Program-made: the position numbers and the translations under genes | Notes under the pieces: model-generated | What the model saw: the letters and a program-made list of their open reading frames with translations, nothing else | Databases searched by the model: none | Told to the model about the DNA's origin: nothing | DNA from: an uncultured Bacteroidales bacterium | GTDB lineage: Bacteria; Bacteroidota; Bacteroidia; Bacteroidales; UBA12077 | Reading direction: 5' to 3' | Assembly (NCBI GenBank): GCA_964461045.1 | Contig: CAYWSJ010000003.1 | Span: 10,148-74,147 of the forward strand | DNA: 64,000 nt | In this document: positions 55,523 through 64,000 of the stretch, piece after piece | How the letters are laid out: each line of letters begins with the position of its first letter | Numbering within the stretch: position 1 is the stretch's first letter

Positions 55523-57076
55523 ATGAAACCATATAAAATAACACTTTTTTTGATCGCCTTCTTGCTTTCAATAGCATTACTTGCCTTTTTTATGCCCAAA
55601 AAAGGAATACAGCTTACTGATGACATTCATCTTGACTTTCCTACATTAAAAGAGATATACCAAAAACCTGAAGATCAATACAAAGACATATCAGAGATTT
55701 TGAATCCTGTTATGGATAAAGGAGATAGCCTCGTTCTAAAACCTGACGAAAAGAAACAAGATAGTCTCCAGACAGATACTATAAAAAAAGACAGTATTGG
55801 CAGAGTTGAAAGAGATAAAGAGAAACAGGATACTATAAGATATCAAAAGCCAGAAACACAAAAAGCTGATCTTAACCGGAATTTACAATATCCCGGGGGA
55901 GACAAATCAATCCTATACCCACTTTTCACTGCACTGAATGAAGAAACCAAAAACAAACTTATCAGAGTGCTTCACTATGGCGATTCTCAGATAGAGGGTG
56001 ACCGAATCACCTCTTACCTCAGAAATGAAATGCAGAAAAAATTCGGTGGTACTGGTTTTGGGATGTTTCCTGCAAAATTGCCCTTTAATACTACTATCTC
56101 AATGAAATACGAAGCTTCCAAATCGTGGATTCGTTATACAACAAAAAACATAGGGAACTCCTCCCTTCCGCACAAGAAATTCGGGGTGCTCCTCTCCTTT
56201 TCAAAGTTTTCTCCGATTTATAGCTCTTACCAGGGCCAGGTGTACGAGGCAAGCATAGAACTGGAAAAATCTCCAATTGGTTATGAAAGAAATGCAGAAT
56301 TTAACAAATGTCGTATTTTCTATTCCAACAACGACAAACCTTTTATTGTTAAACTTTCCGAAGAAGGAGAGATAAACGATGCAGACATGATCCCTCCTAC
56401 AAATCAGTTAAAAGATATCACATGGACCGTCGACCCTGCATCAGATGAATACACCCTTCACTTTCAGGGGGTACACAGTCCGGATATTTATGGTATTTCT
56501 ATGGAAAGCAATACGGGTGTGATGATCGATAACATACCCCTGAGAGGAAACAGTGGTACCGATTTCACAAAAACCAATATGAAGTTCTACAAAACCATGG
56601 TGAACAGTCTTAATGTGAAAATGATCATTCTTCATTTTGGAGTAAACGTAGTCCCCATGATCAGAGAAAATTACAATTTCTACAAAAATTCCTTGTATAA
56701 ACAGTTAATAGCATTAAAAAATACAAATCCTGAATTAGCCATAATTGTCATGGGAGTATCTGATATGTCGAGAAAAGAAGGTAGCCGCTATGAGTCCTAC
56801 CCTAATATCGAAAAGATCAGAAACGCACAAAAAAATGCAGCATTTAAAGCAGGTTGTGTTTTCTGGGATACCTATGAAGCGATGGGGGGTAAAAACAGCA
56901 TGCCAAGCTGGGTATTTGCAGACCCTCCGCTGGCAAGAAAAGATTTTACTCATTTTACCTACAGAGGATCAAAAGTGATTGCTAAACTGTTTCACAAAGC
57001 TCTCATGAAGGACTATGAAGAATTCATGTTGATACAGCAGGAAACAACAACTGCTGCAAAACCCGACAGTTTATGA
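55523..57076 (+). CDS. Membrane-anchored SGNH/GDSL-fold protein (putative O-acetyltransferase or esterase)
   Basis: 517 aa with an N-terminal TM anchor and a K/D/Q-rich linker. SGNH blocks are LHYGDSQIEG (I), HFGVNVV (III), and KDFTHFT (V, DxxH). Confidence 0.6.
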   Translation: MKPYKITLFLIAFLLSIALLAFFMPKKGIQLTDDIHLDFPTLKEIYQKPEDQYKDISEILNPVMDKGDSLVLKPDEKKQDSLQTDTIKKDSIGRVERDKEKQDTIRYQKPETQKADLNRNLQYPGGDKSILYPLFTALNEETKNKLIRVLHYGDSQIEGDRITSYLRNEMQKKFGGTGFGMFPAKLPFNTTISMKYEASKSWIRYTTKNIGNSSLPHKKFGVLLSFSKFSPIYSSYQGQVYEASIELEKSPIGYERNAEFNKCRIFYSNNDKPFIVKLSEEGEINDADMIPPTNQLKDITWTVDPASDEYTLHFQGVHSPDIYGISMESNTGVMIDNIPLRGNSGTDFTKTNMKFYKTMVNSLNVKMIILHFGVNVVPMIRENYNFYKNSLYKQLIALKNTNPELAIIVMGVSDMSRKEGSRYESYPNIEKIRNAQKNAAFKAGCVFWDTYEAMGGKNSMPSWVFADPPLARKDFTHFTYRGSKVIAKLFHKALMKDYEEFMLIQQETTTAAKPDSL

Positions 57077-58314
57077 AACAATCTATTTCCAAAGCTTTAA
57101 TAATACTATTTCTGATAACCTGCATTTTTCAAACATCTCCTGCACAGTATAACTATTCTCAATATAAATTTTTAAATTTACCGGAAAACAAGTTCAAACA
57201 TTTGAAAGATTCTACAAACTTTAATAAAGTAATGAATCAATTTCAAGCAATTTGCCTCGGCAAAAAAAAGCAGATTAATATTGTCCACATTGGGAATTCT
57301 CATATACAGGGAGGTTTTCTGACCAACGAACTAAAAACAAACTTTCATAACTATTTCTTAAATGACACAACGGCTCATGCAGGTTTTATTTTTCCTTACC
57401 AGGTAGCAAAAACCAACACACCGGCCAACTATCGATCGGTAGCTACAGGAGAATGGAGCACTCATAAGGCTACAGAAGCGGATTCTTCATGCTTAATTGG
57501 AGCATCCGGAATCAGCATTTTTTCACATGATACTTCAGCAACAGTCAAGGTGAATCTCCAACAAGTAAACCCATTTAAAAACCCAGATTTCTCAACCATG
57601 AGAGTTCTTTGTGAAAACACAGAAAATTCCTATAAAGTAGAATTTAGTCCGAATGCAAATAAAATTATTAAAGATTCACTGGGTTATCTTGTTCATTTTT
57701 CTGAATTGTCGGACTCAATTAAAATTTCAATCACTAAAAAAAATAACAAAGATTCTTCAAAATTTATTTTACACGGATTCATTCCGGGAAATTATTCTGC
57801 AATAAATTATTATGCCCTGGGAGTGAATGGAGCTAAAGCAGAATCCTATCTTAATTGTTCTCTTTTTCAGAAACATCTGGAAATTTTATCACCAAACTGG
57901 ATTATCATCTCTCTTGGGACAAATGAAGCTTACAACAGAAAATATAAAAAGGAACAGTTTACAAGACATCTCGGTGAACTGATAAACAAAATCAGGGAAA
58001 TAAATCCAGAAGCATGGATCTTGCTAACTACCCCCGGAGATGCATTAAGAAGCGGCCGGCTAAAAAACTCCAATAATAAAATTGCCGGAAAAAATATCAT
58101 CCATGTTGCTAAAAAACAACACTGCAGTTACTGGAATTTTTATAAAGTTATGGGGGGAGAAGGCTCGATTGAGAAATGGTCAGAAAATAAACTGACAGCC
58201 AGAGACAAGCTTCACTTAAATAAAAAAGGCTATATCCTGAAAGCAAATTTATTTTTTGATGCTTTTCTTGAAACTTTGCTCCCACATCTGAAAGAACAAA
58301 TCTCAAAAGAATAA
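57073..58314 (+). CDS. Secreted SGNH/GDSL-fold protein (second copy, divergent)
   Basis: 413 aa with a signal peptide. Blocks are VHIGNSHIQGG (I), SLGTNEAYN (III), and RDKLHLNKKGY (V, DxxH). Its ATG overlaps the upstream stop (ATGA, 57073..57076). Confidence 0.6.
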   Translation: MKQSISKALIILFLITCIFQTSPAQYNYSQYKFLNLPENKFKHLKDSTNFNKVMNQFQAICLGKKKQINIVHIGNSHIQGGFLTNELKTNFHNYFLNDTTAHAGFIFPYQVAKTNTPANYRSVATGEWSTHKATEADSSCLIGASGISIFSHDTSATVKVNLQQVNPFKNPDFSTMRVLCENTENSYKVEFSPNANKIIKDSLGYLVHFSELSDSIKISITKKNNKDSSKFILHGFIPGNYSAINYYALGVNGAKAESYLNCSLFQKHLEILSPNWIIISLGTNEAYNRKYKKEQFTRHLGELINKIREINPEAWILLTTPGDALRSGRLKNSNNKIAGKNIIHVAKKQHCSYWNFYKVMGGEGSIEKWSENKLTARDKLHLNKKGYILKANLFFDAFLETLLPHLKEQISKE

Positions 58315-58320
58315 GCCCGG

Positions 58321-59862
58321 GTGGAATATTTAAAAGACATATTTACATATTCCAGTGAAGAACCTATGCTCTTCACAAGACTTTATTTCTGGGTGTTTTT
58401 TACGGTTCTGCTGGTTTTTTATAGTTTTCTCTACAAACACAAAGCGCTGAGGAATGCTTACCTGTTTCTGATGAGCCTCTTCTTCTATTACAAATCCGGG
58501 GGGTATTTTTTCTCACTGCTCATTTTTTCTACTATAGCTGATTATACTTTGGGACATCTTATTTACAGGGCCCGGAATCCATTAAAGAAGAAAGGATATC
58601 TTGCTACCAGTGTCATTATTAATTTAGGAGTTCTCTCCTACTTCAAATATTCGTACTTCTTTACAGATATGGTTAACCGGATCTTTAATACAGATCTGGA
58701 AGTAGTAAACCTGCTTGCCAAATGGTCGAACGAAATTGCCGGAACGGGTTTTGATATCGGAACCATTATCCTGCCTGTAGGTATTTCATTTTACACCTTC
58801 CAAACCATTAGCTATACAGTAGATATTTATCGGAATAAAGTCAAGCCGGTGAACAATATCCTGGATTTTGGATTTTATGTCTCTTTCTTTCCCCAGTTGG
58901 TGGCCGGACCTATCGTTCGTGCAGCCGAATTCATCCCTCAGCTTAAGCAAAAGTTCCAGCTTACTTACCGGGAGTTCAGCCATGCACTGTTTCTAATCCT
59001 TAGCGGCCTTCTGAAAAAAATGCTCATTTCAGACTATATCTCTATTAACTATGTCGACAGGGTTTTTGATGCCCCAACTGCCTATTCGGGTTTTGAAAAT
59101 GCACTAGCTGTATATGGTTATTCTTTGCAAATTTATTGTGACTTCTCAGGATATACAGACATTGCAATTGGAGTGGCGCTGTTATTAGGTTTCCGGTTAC
59201 CCATAAACTTCAACTCTCCATACAAAGCAAGGAGCGTAACCGAATTCTGGCACCGATGGCACATCTCACTCTCCTCCTGGTTAAGAGATTATCTGTACAT
59301 TCCACTGGGAGGAAACCGGAAAGGAGAATTACGCAAAAACGTCAACCTCATGATTACCATGCTCCTGGGGGGCTTATGGCACGGGGCACACCTCAGGTTT
59401 ATAATCTGGGGAGGCATTCATGGAATCTTCCTGGTCATACACAAGCAATGGCTTAAGATATCAAACTACCTGGCGGAAAAAATGAACCTGAAAACTTTCT
59501 CCGGTCATAAACCACTGAATCGTTTTTTATCCGTGTTTTTCACATTCCACATTGTCACCATTGCCTGGATATTTTTCCGGGCACAGGACATGCGAAGGGC
59601 CAAACTAATGTTCAGCCAAATATTTAATAAATTCAATGCAGGGCTTATCCCTGATATTATCTCTTCTTACCAGGAAGTTTTCTTCATCATTGTGGGTGGC
59701 TTTATACTGCACTGGTTACCAGCCAACTTTAAAGAAAAATACCGGGGCTGGTTTATACAATCACCTCTCTGGGTGAAACTCATCATCGTGGTAGTGATTG
59801 TTTTTGTAATTTACCAGGTTAAATCCTCTGCCATACAGCCGTTTATATATTTTAAATTTTAG
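58321..59862 (+). CDS. MBOAT-family membrane O-acyltransferase (AlgI/PatA/DltB type)
   Basis: 513-aa polytopic protein with FWHRWHISLSSWLRDYLYIPLGGNR and WHGA. GTG 58321 lies 6 nt after the upstream stop; ATG 58366 is an alternative start. Confidence 0.9.
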   Translation: MEYLKDIFTYSSEEPMLFTRLYFWVFFTVLLVFYSFLYKHKALRNAYLFLMSLFFYYKSGGYFFSLLIFSTIADYTLGHLIYRARNPLKKKGYLATSVIINLGVLSYFKYSYFFTDMVNRIFNTDLEVVNLLAKWSNEIAGTGFDIGTIILPVGISFYTFQTISYTVDIYRNKVKPVNNILDFGFYVSFFPQLVAGPIVRAAEFIPQLKQKFQLTYREFSHALFLILSGLLKKMLISDYISINYVDRVFDAPTAYSGFENALAVYGYSLQIYCDFSGYTDIAIGVALLLGFRLPINFNSPYKARSVTEFWHRWHISLSSWLRDYLYIPLGGNRKGELRKNVNLMITMLLGGLWHGAHLRFIIWGGIHGIFLVIHKQWLKISNYLAEKMNLKTFSGHKPLNRFLSVFFTFHIVTIAWIFFRAQDMRRAKLMFSQIFNKFNAGLIPDIISSYQEVFFIIVGGFILHWLPANFKEKYRGWFIQSPLWVKLIIVVVIVFVIYQVKSSAIQPFIYFKF

Positions 59863-60086
59863 GAGATTAACCTTTTATCAAAAAATACCTAATCTGAAAA
59901 AATATTTTTTTATAAAAAAAGCCTTACCATCCTGAAAAAAAGGGGAGGGCATTGTATTGGTAATAATAATAAAAACACAAGTAACTAGCATTTTACACAA
60001 ATATTAAGTAATTTGCTTTCAGGGCATAAAATCACTTCAAAAATCGGGATTTCATTTCCTGAAGTCTGTGTTATTTATTCAGCGAA

Positions 60087-61286
60087 ATGAAAAAAAAATT
60101 TAAAAGTAATTTTAGGATACAAAGCATTCATAAAATGACAATAGAATCAACAATTCATATTATCATAATTGCAAATGGTTTTCAAACTGACTATTTACTA
60201 AACTTCGTAACTGCATTGTCAGAAAATTGTAAAGTTGTTTTTATTTGCTCAGATAACATGGAAAAAACCAAATTTAATACAAATGTTGTTGTTAAAAATT
60301 TGAGAGGCGATCATAATCCAGATGTACCATTAAAAAATAAGGTGATTCGAATTTTAAAATACTATTACAAACTTTTCCGGTTTATACAAAAATCTAAAAT
60401 AAAAGTAGTGCACATTCAATGGCTGCGGTTCTATTTGATTGATGGTCTGCTTTTCACCCTTTTTGCCCGTTTAACCGGAAAAAAAGTAATATATACTGCG
60501 CATGATGTCTTACCTCACGACAGGATAACATTAATTAACAGATTGATTTTTCGACTAATCTACAAATCTCAAAATGTTATAATTGTCCATACTTCATTCT
60601 TAAAGAATCGTCTTCATAAAGAGTTCAATGTTGCCAAAAATAAAGTTCATTTTATTGAACATGGTGTTTACAATGTAGCTAATTCAAAAGAAATTACTTT
60701 TGAATTAGCAAGATATAGATATAATTTATGCAAAGAGGACTTTGTTGTTTTGTTTTTTGGCAGAATTGCTAAATATAAGGGGGTTGAACTTATTGCTTCG
60801 AATATTAACAGATTCAGCTATAATAATAAAAATGTAAAATTAATAATAGCCGGTGAAGTATCGAAAGATTACGAAACTGAGTTTTATAAGTATTTTAAAA
60901 CCATTGACACTTCGAATATTATTAAGAGATTTGGTTTTATAGAAAATCAAGAAGTCGAATTTTTATTTAAATCTTCAAACGTAACTGTATTACCATACAA
61001 AGAAGCAAGTCAAAGTGGAGTTCTGTTTCTTTCTTATGCATACGGTACTCCGATAATTGCTCCCCAAATCGGGGGGTTTTCAAACTATATCATACATAAC
61101 AAAACCGGATTGTTGTATAATCCTGATGTCGAATCCAGCTTTTTTAGTGCAGTCAGTAAAGCAATTCAAATTTTCAGTAACCTCAGTACTGAGTCAAGAA
61201 ACAGCATAAAAAAGTATGCATACAATAATTTCTCATGGAGTGCGAGTTGTAAAAAACTAAATTCAATATATACGAAATATCAATAG
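60087..61286 (+). CDS. GT4-type (Glycos_transf_1) glycosyltransferase
   Basis: 399 aa with a GT-B C-terminal pattern (FFGRIAKYKGVELI, LPYKEASQSGVLFLSYAYGTPIIAP, TGLL). ATG 60135 is an alternative start. Confidence 0.8.
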   Translation: MKKKFKSNFRIQSIHKMTIESTIHIIIIANGFQTDYLLNFVTALSENCKVVFICSDNMEKTKFNTNVVVKNLRGDHNPDVPLKNKVIRILKYYYKLFRFIQKSKIKVVHIQWLRFYLIDGLLFTLFARLTGKKVIYTAHDVLPHDRITLINRLIFRLIYKSQNVIIVHTSFLKNRLHKEFNVAKNKVHFIEHGVYNVANSKEITFELARYRYNLCKEDFVVLFFGRIAKYKGVELIASNINRFSYNNKNVKLIIAGEVSKDYETEFYKYFKTIDTSNIIKRFGFIENQEVEFLFKSSNVTVLPYKEASQSGVLFLSYAYGTPIIAPQIGGFSNYIIHNKTGLLYNPDVESSFFSAVSKAIQIFSNLSTESRNSIKKYAYNNFSWSASCKKLNSIYTKYQ

Positions 61287-61288
61287 CT

Positions 61289-62239
61289 ATGATTGCAAAT
61301 GATTGTCCGTATATCTCAGTTATTATCCCATCATATAATTCATTTCGTACTATAAATAATACGATTGAAAAAATTATTGATCAAAACACTCGTAATTATA
61401 TTCTTGAAATAATAATTGTTGATTCTTCTGAAGATGAAAAAACAAAAAAAACTCTTGAAAATATTAATTGTCCGTTTGTTAAAATAATAAATTCAGGTAA
61501 AAAAGTTCCCCCGGCGCTTCAAAGAAATATTGGTGCATTTAATGCAAAAGGGAAACTGCTCATTTTTATAGATTCAGACGCTTATCCTGCTTCCAACTGG
61601 CTTCGTGGCATACATGAAGCATATATAAACGGGTTTATGATTGGAGGAGGCAGTTACATGATTGATAATAACCAAACTAAAATAAATCATATTGTTGCCC
61701 AATATTATTTTGAGTTTGGTGAATTCATTCCTGTAGGAAGAATAAGGAAAAAAAAGATCTTACCTTCATGTAATTTATTTTGTGACAAAGAACTATTCAT
61801 TAAAGCAAAAGGATTCCCTGATATAAGAGCAGCTGAAGATTCATTATTTGGTATCATAATAAACCAGTTTGCAACCCTGTACTTTTTCCCTGATATAAAG
61901 ATCTACCACACATTCAGAGAAAATATAAAAGAATCACTGTTGAACCAGAAGCTAATAGGGAAATATGCTATTATATACCGCAAATTTTGTTTCCCATACC
62001 TATATGGAAATAAATATCTTATTTTAAGTATATTCCCTTTTATTTTTCTTTATAAATTTTTCAAAGTTTACTTTAGACCAATATTCCATAATCCTGTCGA
62101 TTTTCTGAAACAAAACAAAGTCTTATTCAGGTTTTTACAGTGTTTAACTTTCTGGTCGTTAGGAGTTATGCAAGGCATCTTAAATAATACCCAGGTAAAT
62201 AAAAATTACAGAGTTCAATTAAAAATAGGCAGAAAATGA
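61289..62239 (+). CDS. Family 2 glycosyltransferase
   Basis: 316 aa with ISVIIPSYNS, VDSSEDE, FIDSDA, and a hydrophobic C-terminal region. Confidence 0.8.
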   Translation: MIANDCPYISVIIPSYNSFRTINNTIEKIIDQNTRNYILEIIIVDSSEDEKTKKTLENINCPFVKIINSGKKVPPALQRNIGAFNAKGKLLIFIDSDAYPASNWLRGIHEAYINGFMIGGGSYMIDNNQTKINHIVAQYYFEFGEFIPVGRIRKKKILPSCNLFCDKELFIKAKGFPDIRAAEDSLFGIIINQFATLYFFPDIKIYHTFRENIKESLLNQKLIGKYAIIYRKFCFPYLYGNKYLILSIFPFIFLYKFFKVYFRPIFHNPVDFLKQNKVLFRFLQCLTFWSLGVMQGILNNTQVNKNYRVQLKIGRK

Positions 62240-62284
62240 TTACTTTAGCCGTTAGTTTCAATATTTCTAATACTTTATAATGTT

Positions 62285-62971
62285 ATGAAAAAAATTATTC
62301 TTATATCGTTCATTACTCTTTTTGCTGCAAATCAAATTTTTGCCCAGGAAGAAAAAAAATTTGAAGTAAATGCAATGGTTGGCATGCATCATTATTCCAG
62401 TTCATTTTTCCATGCCATAAACACTGTTACATGGGTTCAGGATCCTGCCGGTAACTTCACCGACTTTTCCGGCTATGGTACCAGTATCTTGCCAGCAGTG
62501 AATGTAAGTTATTATTTTAACACAACCCTGGGTGTTACTGCAGGGATTACTCCCATAACTGCAGAGAATGATCTATATGTTGATGATGCCACAGGAACGT
62601 ATTATGATTATTCTGCAGATCAGTTTAATATTAACCTGGGCGTTTCAGGCAGAGTCTTTTTTGATGGAACACCTTTATCCTTAAATATGGGTTCCGGATT
62701 CATCTTTGCTCCGTTTGATATCTCACAAAATATTGAATCAAGTGCAGGGGGAAGTTACCTTGAAGGTTCTGATGTTGGTGCCGGCTTTTACGGAAATGCT
62801 TCTTTCCAGATCAAAATTTTCTCATTCATGCAATACAAAACACAATTTTCCTATAGCTATATTCCGGCTTCAATTACGCTTAATGACACTGATGGTAATG
62901 TAGAACAAAATATAAACAATTTAAATGTGGGTGGAATTACTCTAAAAACAGGATTTTCTTTCCATTTTTAG
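62285..62971 (+). CDS. Small outer-membrane beta-barrel protein
   Basis: 228 aa with a signal peptide (ANQIFAQE) and alternating aromatic/Gly strands, ending TGFSFHF. Confidence 0.6.
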   Translation: MKKIILISFITLFAANQIFAQEEKKFEVNAMVGMHHYSSSFFHAINTVTWVQDPAGNFTDFSGYGTSILPAVNVSYYFNTTLGVTAGITPITAENDLYVDDATGTYYDYSADQFNINLGVSGRVFFDGTPLSLNMGSGFIFAPFDISQNIESSAGGSYLEGSDVGAGFYGNASFQIKIFSFMQYKTQFSYSYIPASITLNDTDGNVEQNINNLNVGGITLKTGFSFHF

Positions 62972-63200
62972 AGGAAAAAAGGAATCCCAAACAATATAAA
63001 AGTAATTCTGAGCAGATATCTCATCCTTATAGATTTTAACATTATTCAGAGAGCCTATCTCCTTTTATGTAATTATATCTCTTAATTTACACTTAAAAGT
63101 AGATTTTCTCATAAATAATACTTATTTTAGTTGTTGAGGACAGAAATAAGAGGGACAACGGGCTCCTTTTTCTTTTTTTATACTTTTAATAATTATTCTT

Positions 63201-63584
63201 ATGGAAAAAGTTATCAAATCAATAAAAAAGATCGATGATGTTTTTATTATTATTGGTATTATAGAGGTTTTCCTCTGGGTATTGGTATCATCAAGTTTTT
63301 TTGCTGCTTTTATTGGCATATTAACTATTTATCCGGCCTATATGGCGCAGAAAAAGCAAAACTACAAATGGAATTATTTCCTGGGCATCCTGTCAATTGT
63401 CAAATTTAATCCTTTAACCCTGGCAATTCTTTCATTTATATTCAGTGATTTGGCATACAGGTTTAATACAGCAGGTTTTTACATCTGTATTATTCTCTCT
63501 TCGCTCGTTTTCCTTGCTTCATTGATACTCGGAATTATTTTACTGGTTAAAACAGCCAGATTTTATAGACTTCAAAGAACATAA
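63201..63584 (+). CDS. Hypothetical four-TM membrane protein
   Basis: 127-aa hydrophobic ORF with no recognisable motif. Confidence 0.4.
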   Translation: MEKVIKSIKKIDDVFIIIGIIEVFLWVLVSSSFFAAFIGILTIYPAYMAQKKQNYKWNYFLGILSIVKFNPLTLAILSFIFSDLAYRFNTAGFYICIILSSLVFLASLILGIILLVKTARFYRLQRT

Positions 63585-63631
63585 ATCAATTAGAAAAATT
63601 AAAATTATTCATTTAAAACAAAATCAGAATC

Positions 63632-64000
63632 ATGAAAAAGTTAACAATCACCATCTTAACAGGAATTTTCACATTGTCACTAGCCTCTTGCGGAGGATCA
63701 GGAGACAATAAAACAAAAGACGATGCTTCAAACAAGGTATCAGAAGTAAAAAAGGTAGAGAAAAAAGAAGAAAAAAGCGAAAAGTTATTGACTTTTCAAT
63801 TAAATGATGAGAAAAAAACATACAAAACAGTCCATTTCAGACACAACCGTATGGCAGACGTTGTTGAGATAAGTGCATTTGAGGAGGGCAACAATGAAAG
63901 CGTATTCTCCCTGGATTTTAAAGGAACCGAATCAGGGAAAATGAAAGAACCCAGTCTGAGCATTGATGGTTACAAAGTTGAGGAGGTATCAGGAAAAGTA
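63632..64000 (+). CDS. Lipoprotein, N-terminal 123 codons (runs off the window)
   Basis: ATG 63632 gives MKKLTITILTGIFTLSLASCGG (lipobox), then a K/E-rich linker. The reading is in frame to position 64000. Confidence 0.55.
   Translation, partial: MKKLTITILTGIFTLSLASCGGSGDNKTKDDASNKVSEVKKVEKKEEKSEKLLTFQLNDEKKTYKTVHFRHNRMADVVEISAFEEGNNESVFSLDFKGTESGKMKEPSLSIDGYKVEEVSGKV

Noticed and set aside
63122-63319. 65-codon minus-strand ORF overlapping the start of the 127-aa membrane-protein gene.
   Set aside because: It is a Lys/Ile-rich translation of an A/T-rich promoter region, it overlaps a more plausible plus-strand gene, and it has no supporting signals.
1-64000. CRISPR arrays, tRNA/rRNA genes, intact transposons, integrases, phage genes, restriction-modification systems, toxin-antitoxin pairs, reverse transcriptases.
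   Set aside because: No regularly spaced direct repeats and no tRNA-like T-arm or acceptor patterns were noticed. No ORF carries integrase, DDE, RT, nuclease/helicase defence or methyltransferase (DNA) motifs. The only transposase-like piece is the HTH-only ORF at 24093..24527. This was a visual scan only; a repeat finder or tRNA scanner was not run.

Overview
The window looks like a low-GC Bacteroidota chromosome segment made almost entirely of core and envelope genes. The taxon call rests on four points: exact TAnnTTTG -7 promoter boxes 20-45 nt upstream of many start codons, an almost complete lack of Shine-Dalgarno sequences, DUF4199/DUF5683/DUF1573-type genes, and a TonB-dependent receptor with a CarboxypepD_reg-like N-terminus. 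All genes read cleanly in the standard code.

Recognisable content, left to right:
- SPOR protein, LOG-family protein, uvrA
- ECF sigma / anti-sigma-like / lytic transglycosylase operon
- lpdA and a ZnuABC-like metal importer
- TlpA-type thiol-disulfide reductase, meaB, DUF1573 protein
- M20 amidohydrolase and a 55-aa ferredoxin that is below the ORF-track cutoff
- TonB-dependent receptor operon
- orphan groES with a Trx/Grx-like fusion, and a DJ-1/PfpI gene
- YpsA-type SLOG gene with an IS630-like HTH-only ORF
- SRP (4.5S) RNA
- GT2, BI-1/YccA, class-V aminotransferase, Cys-less L31, lon
- tricorn-like S41 protease, SLC12-like permease, CAP-domain protein, C26 peptidase
- lipA-lipB-recJ
- two coupled outer-membrane barrel genes
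- RfaE-like heptose kinase, parA-parB, DUF5683, LysM lytic transglycosylase
- an SGNH-SGNH-MBOAT trio, then GT4, GT2 and small envelope proteins

I found no rRNA, tRNA, CRISPR array, intact mobile element, prophage, or recognisable defence or toxin-antitoxin system. I cannot point to a clearly novel system. The best candidates for unexplored biology are:
- the LT + SGNH-SGNH-MBOAT O-acetylation-like module
- the ComEA-like HhH/beta-barrel outer-membrane pair abutting recJ
- the Trx/Grx-GroES stress pair
- the His-rich protein/TonB receptor operon
- the anti-sigma-like protein with an OM barrel

All functional calls come from motif recognition by eye. No database search or computation was run.
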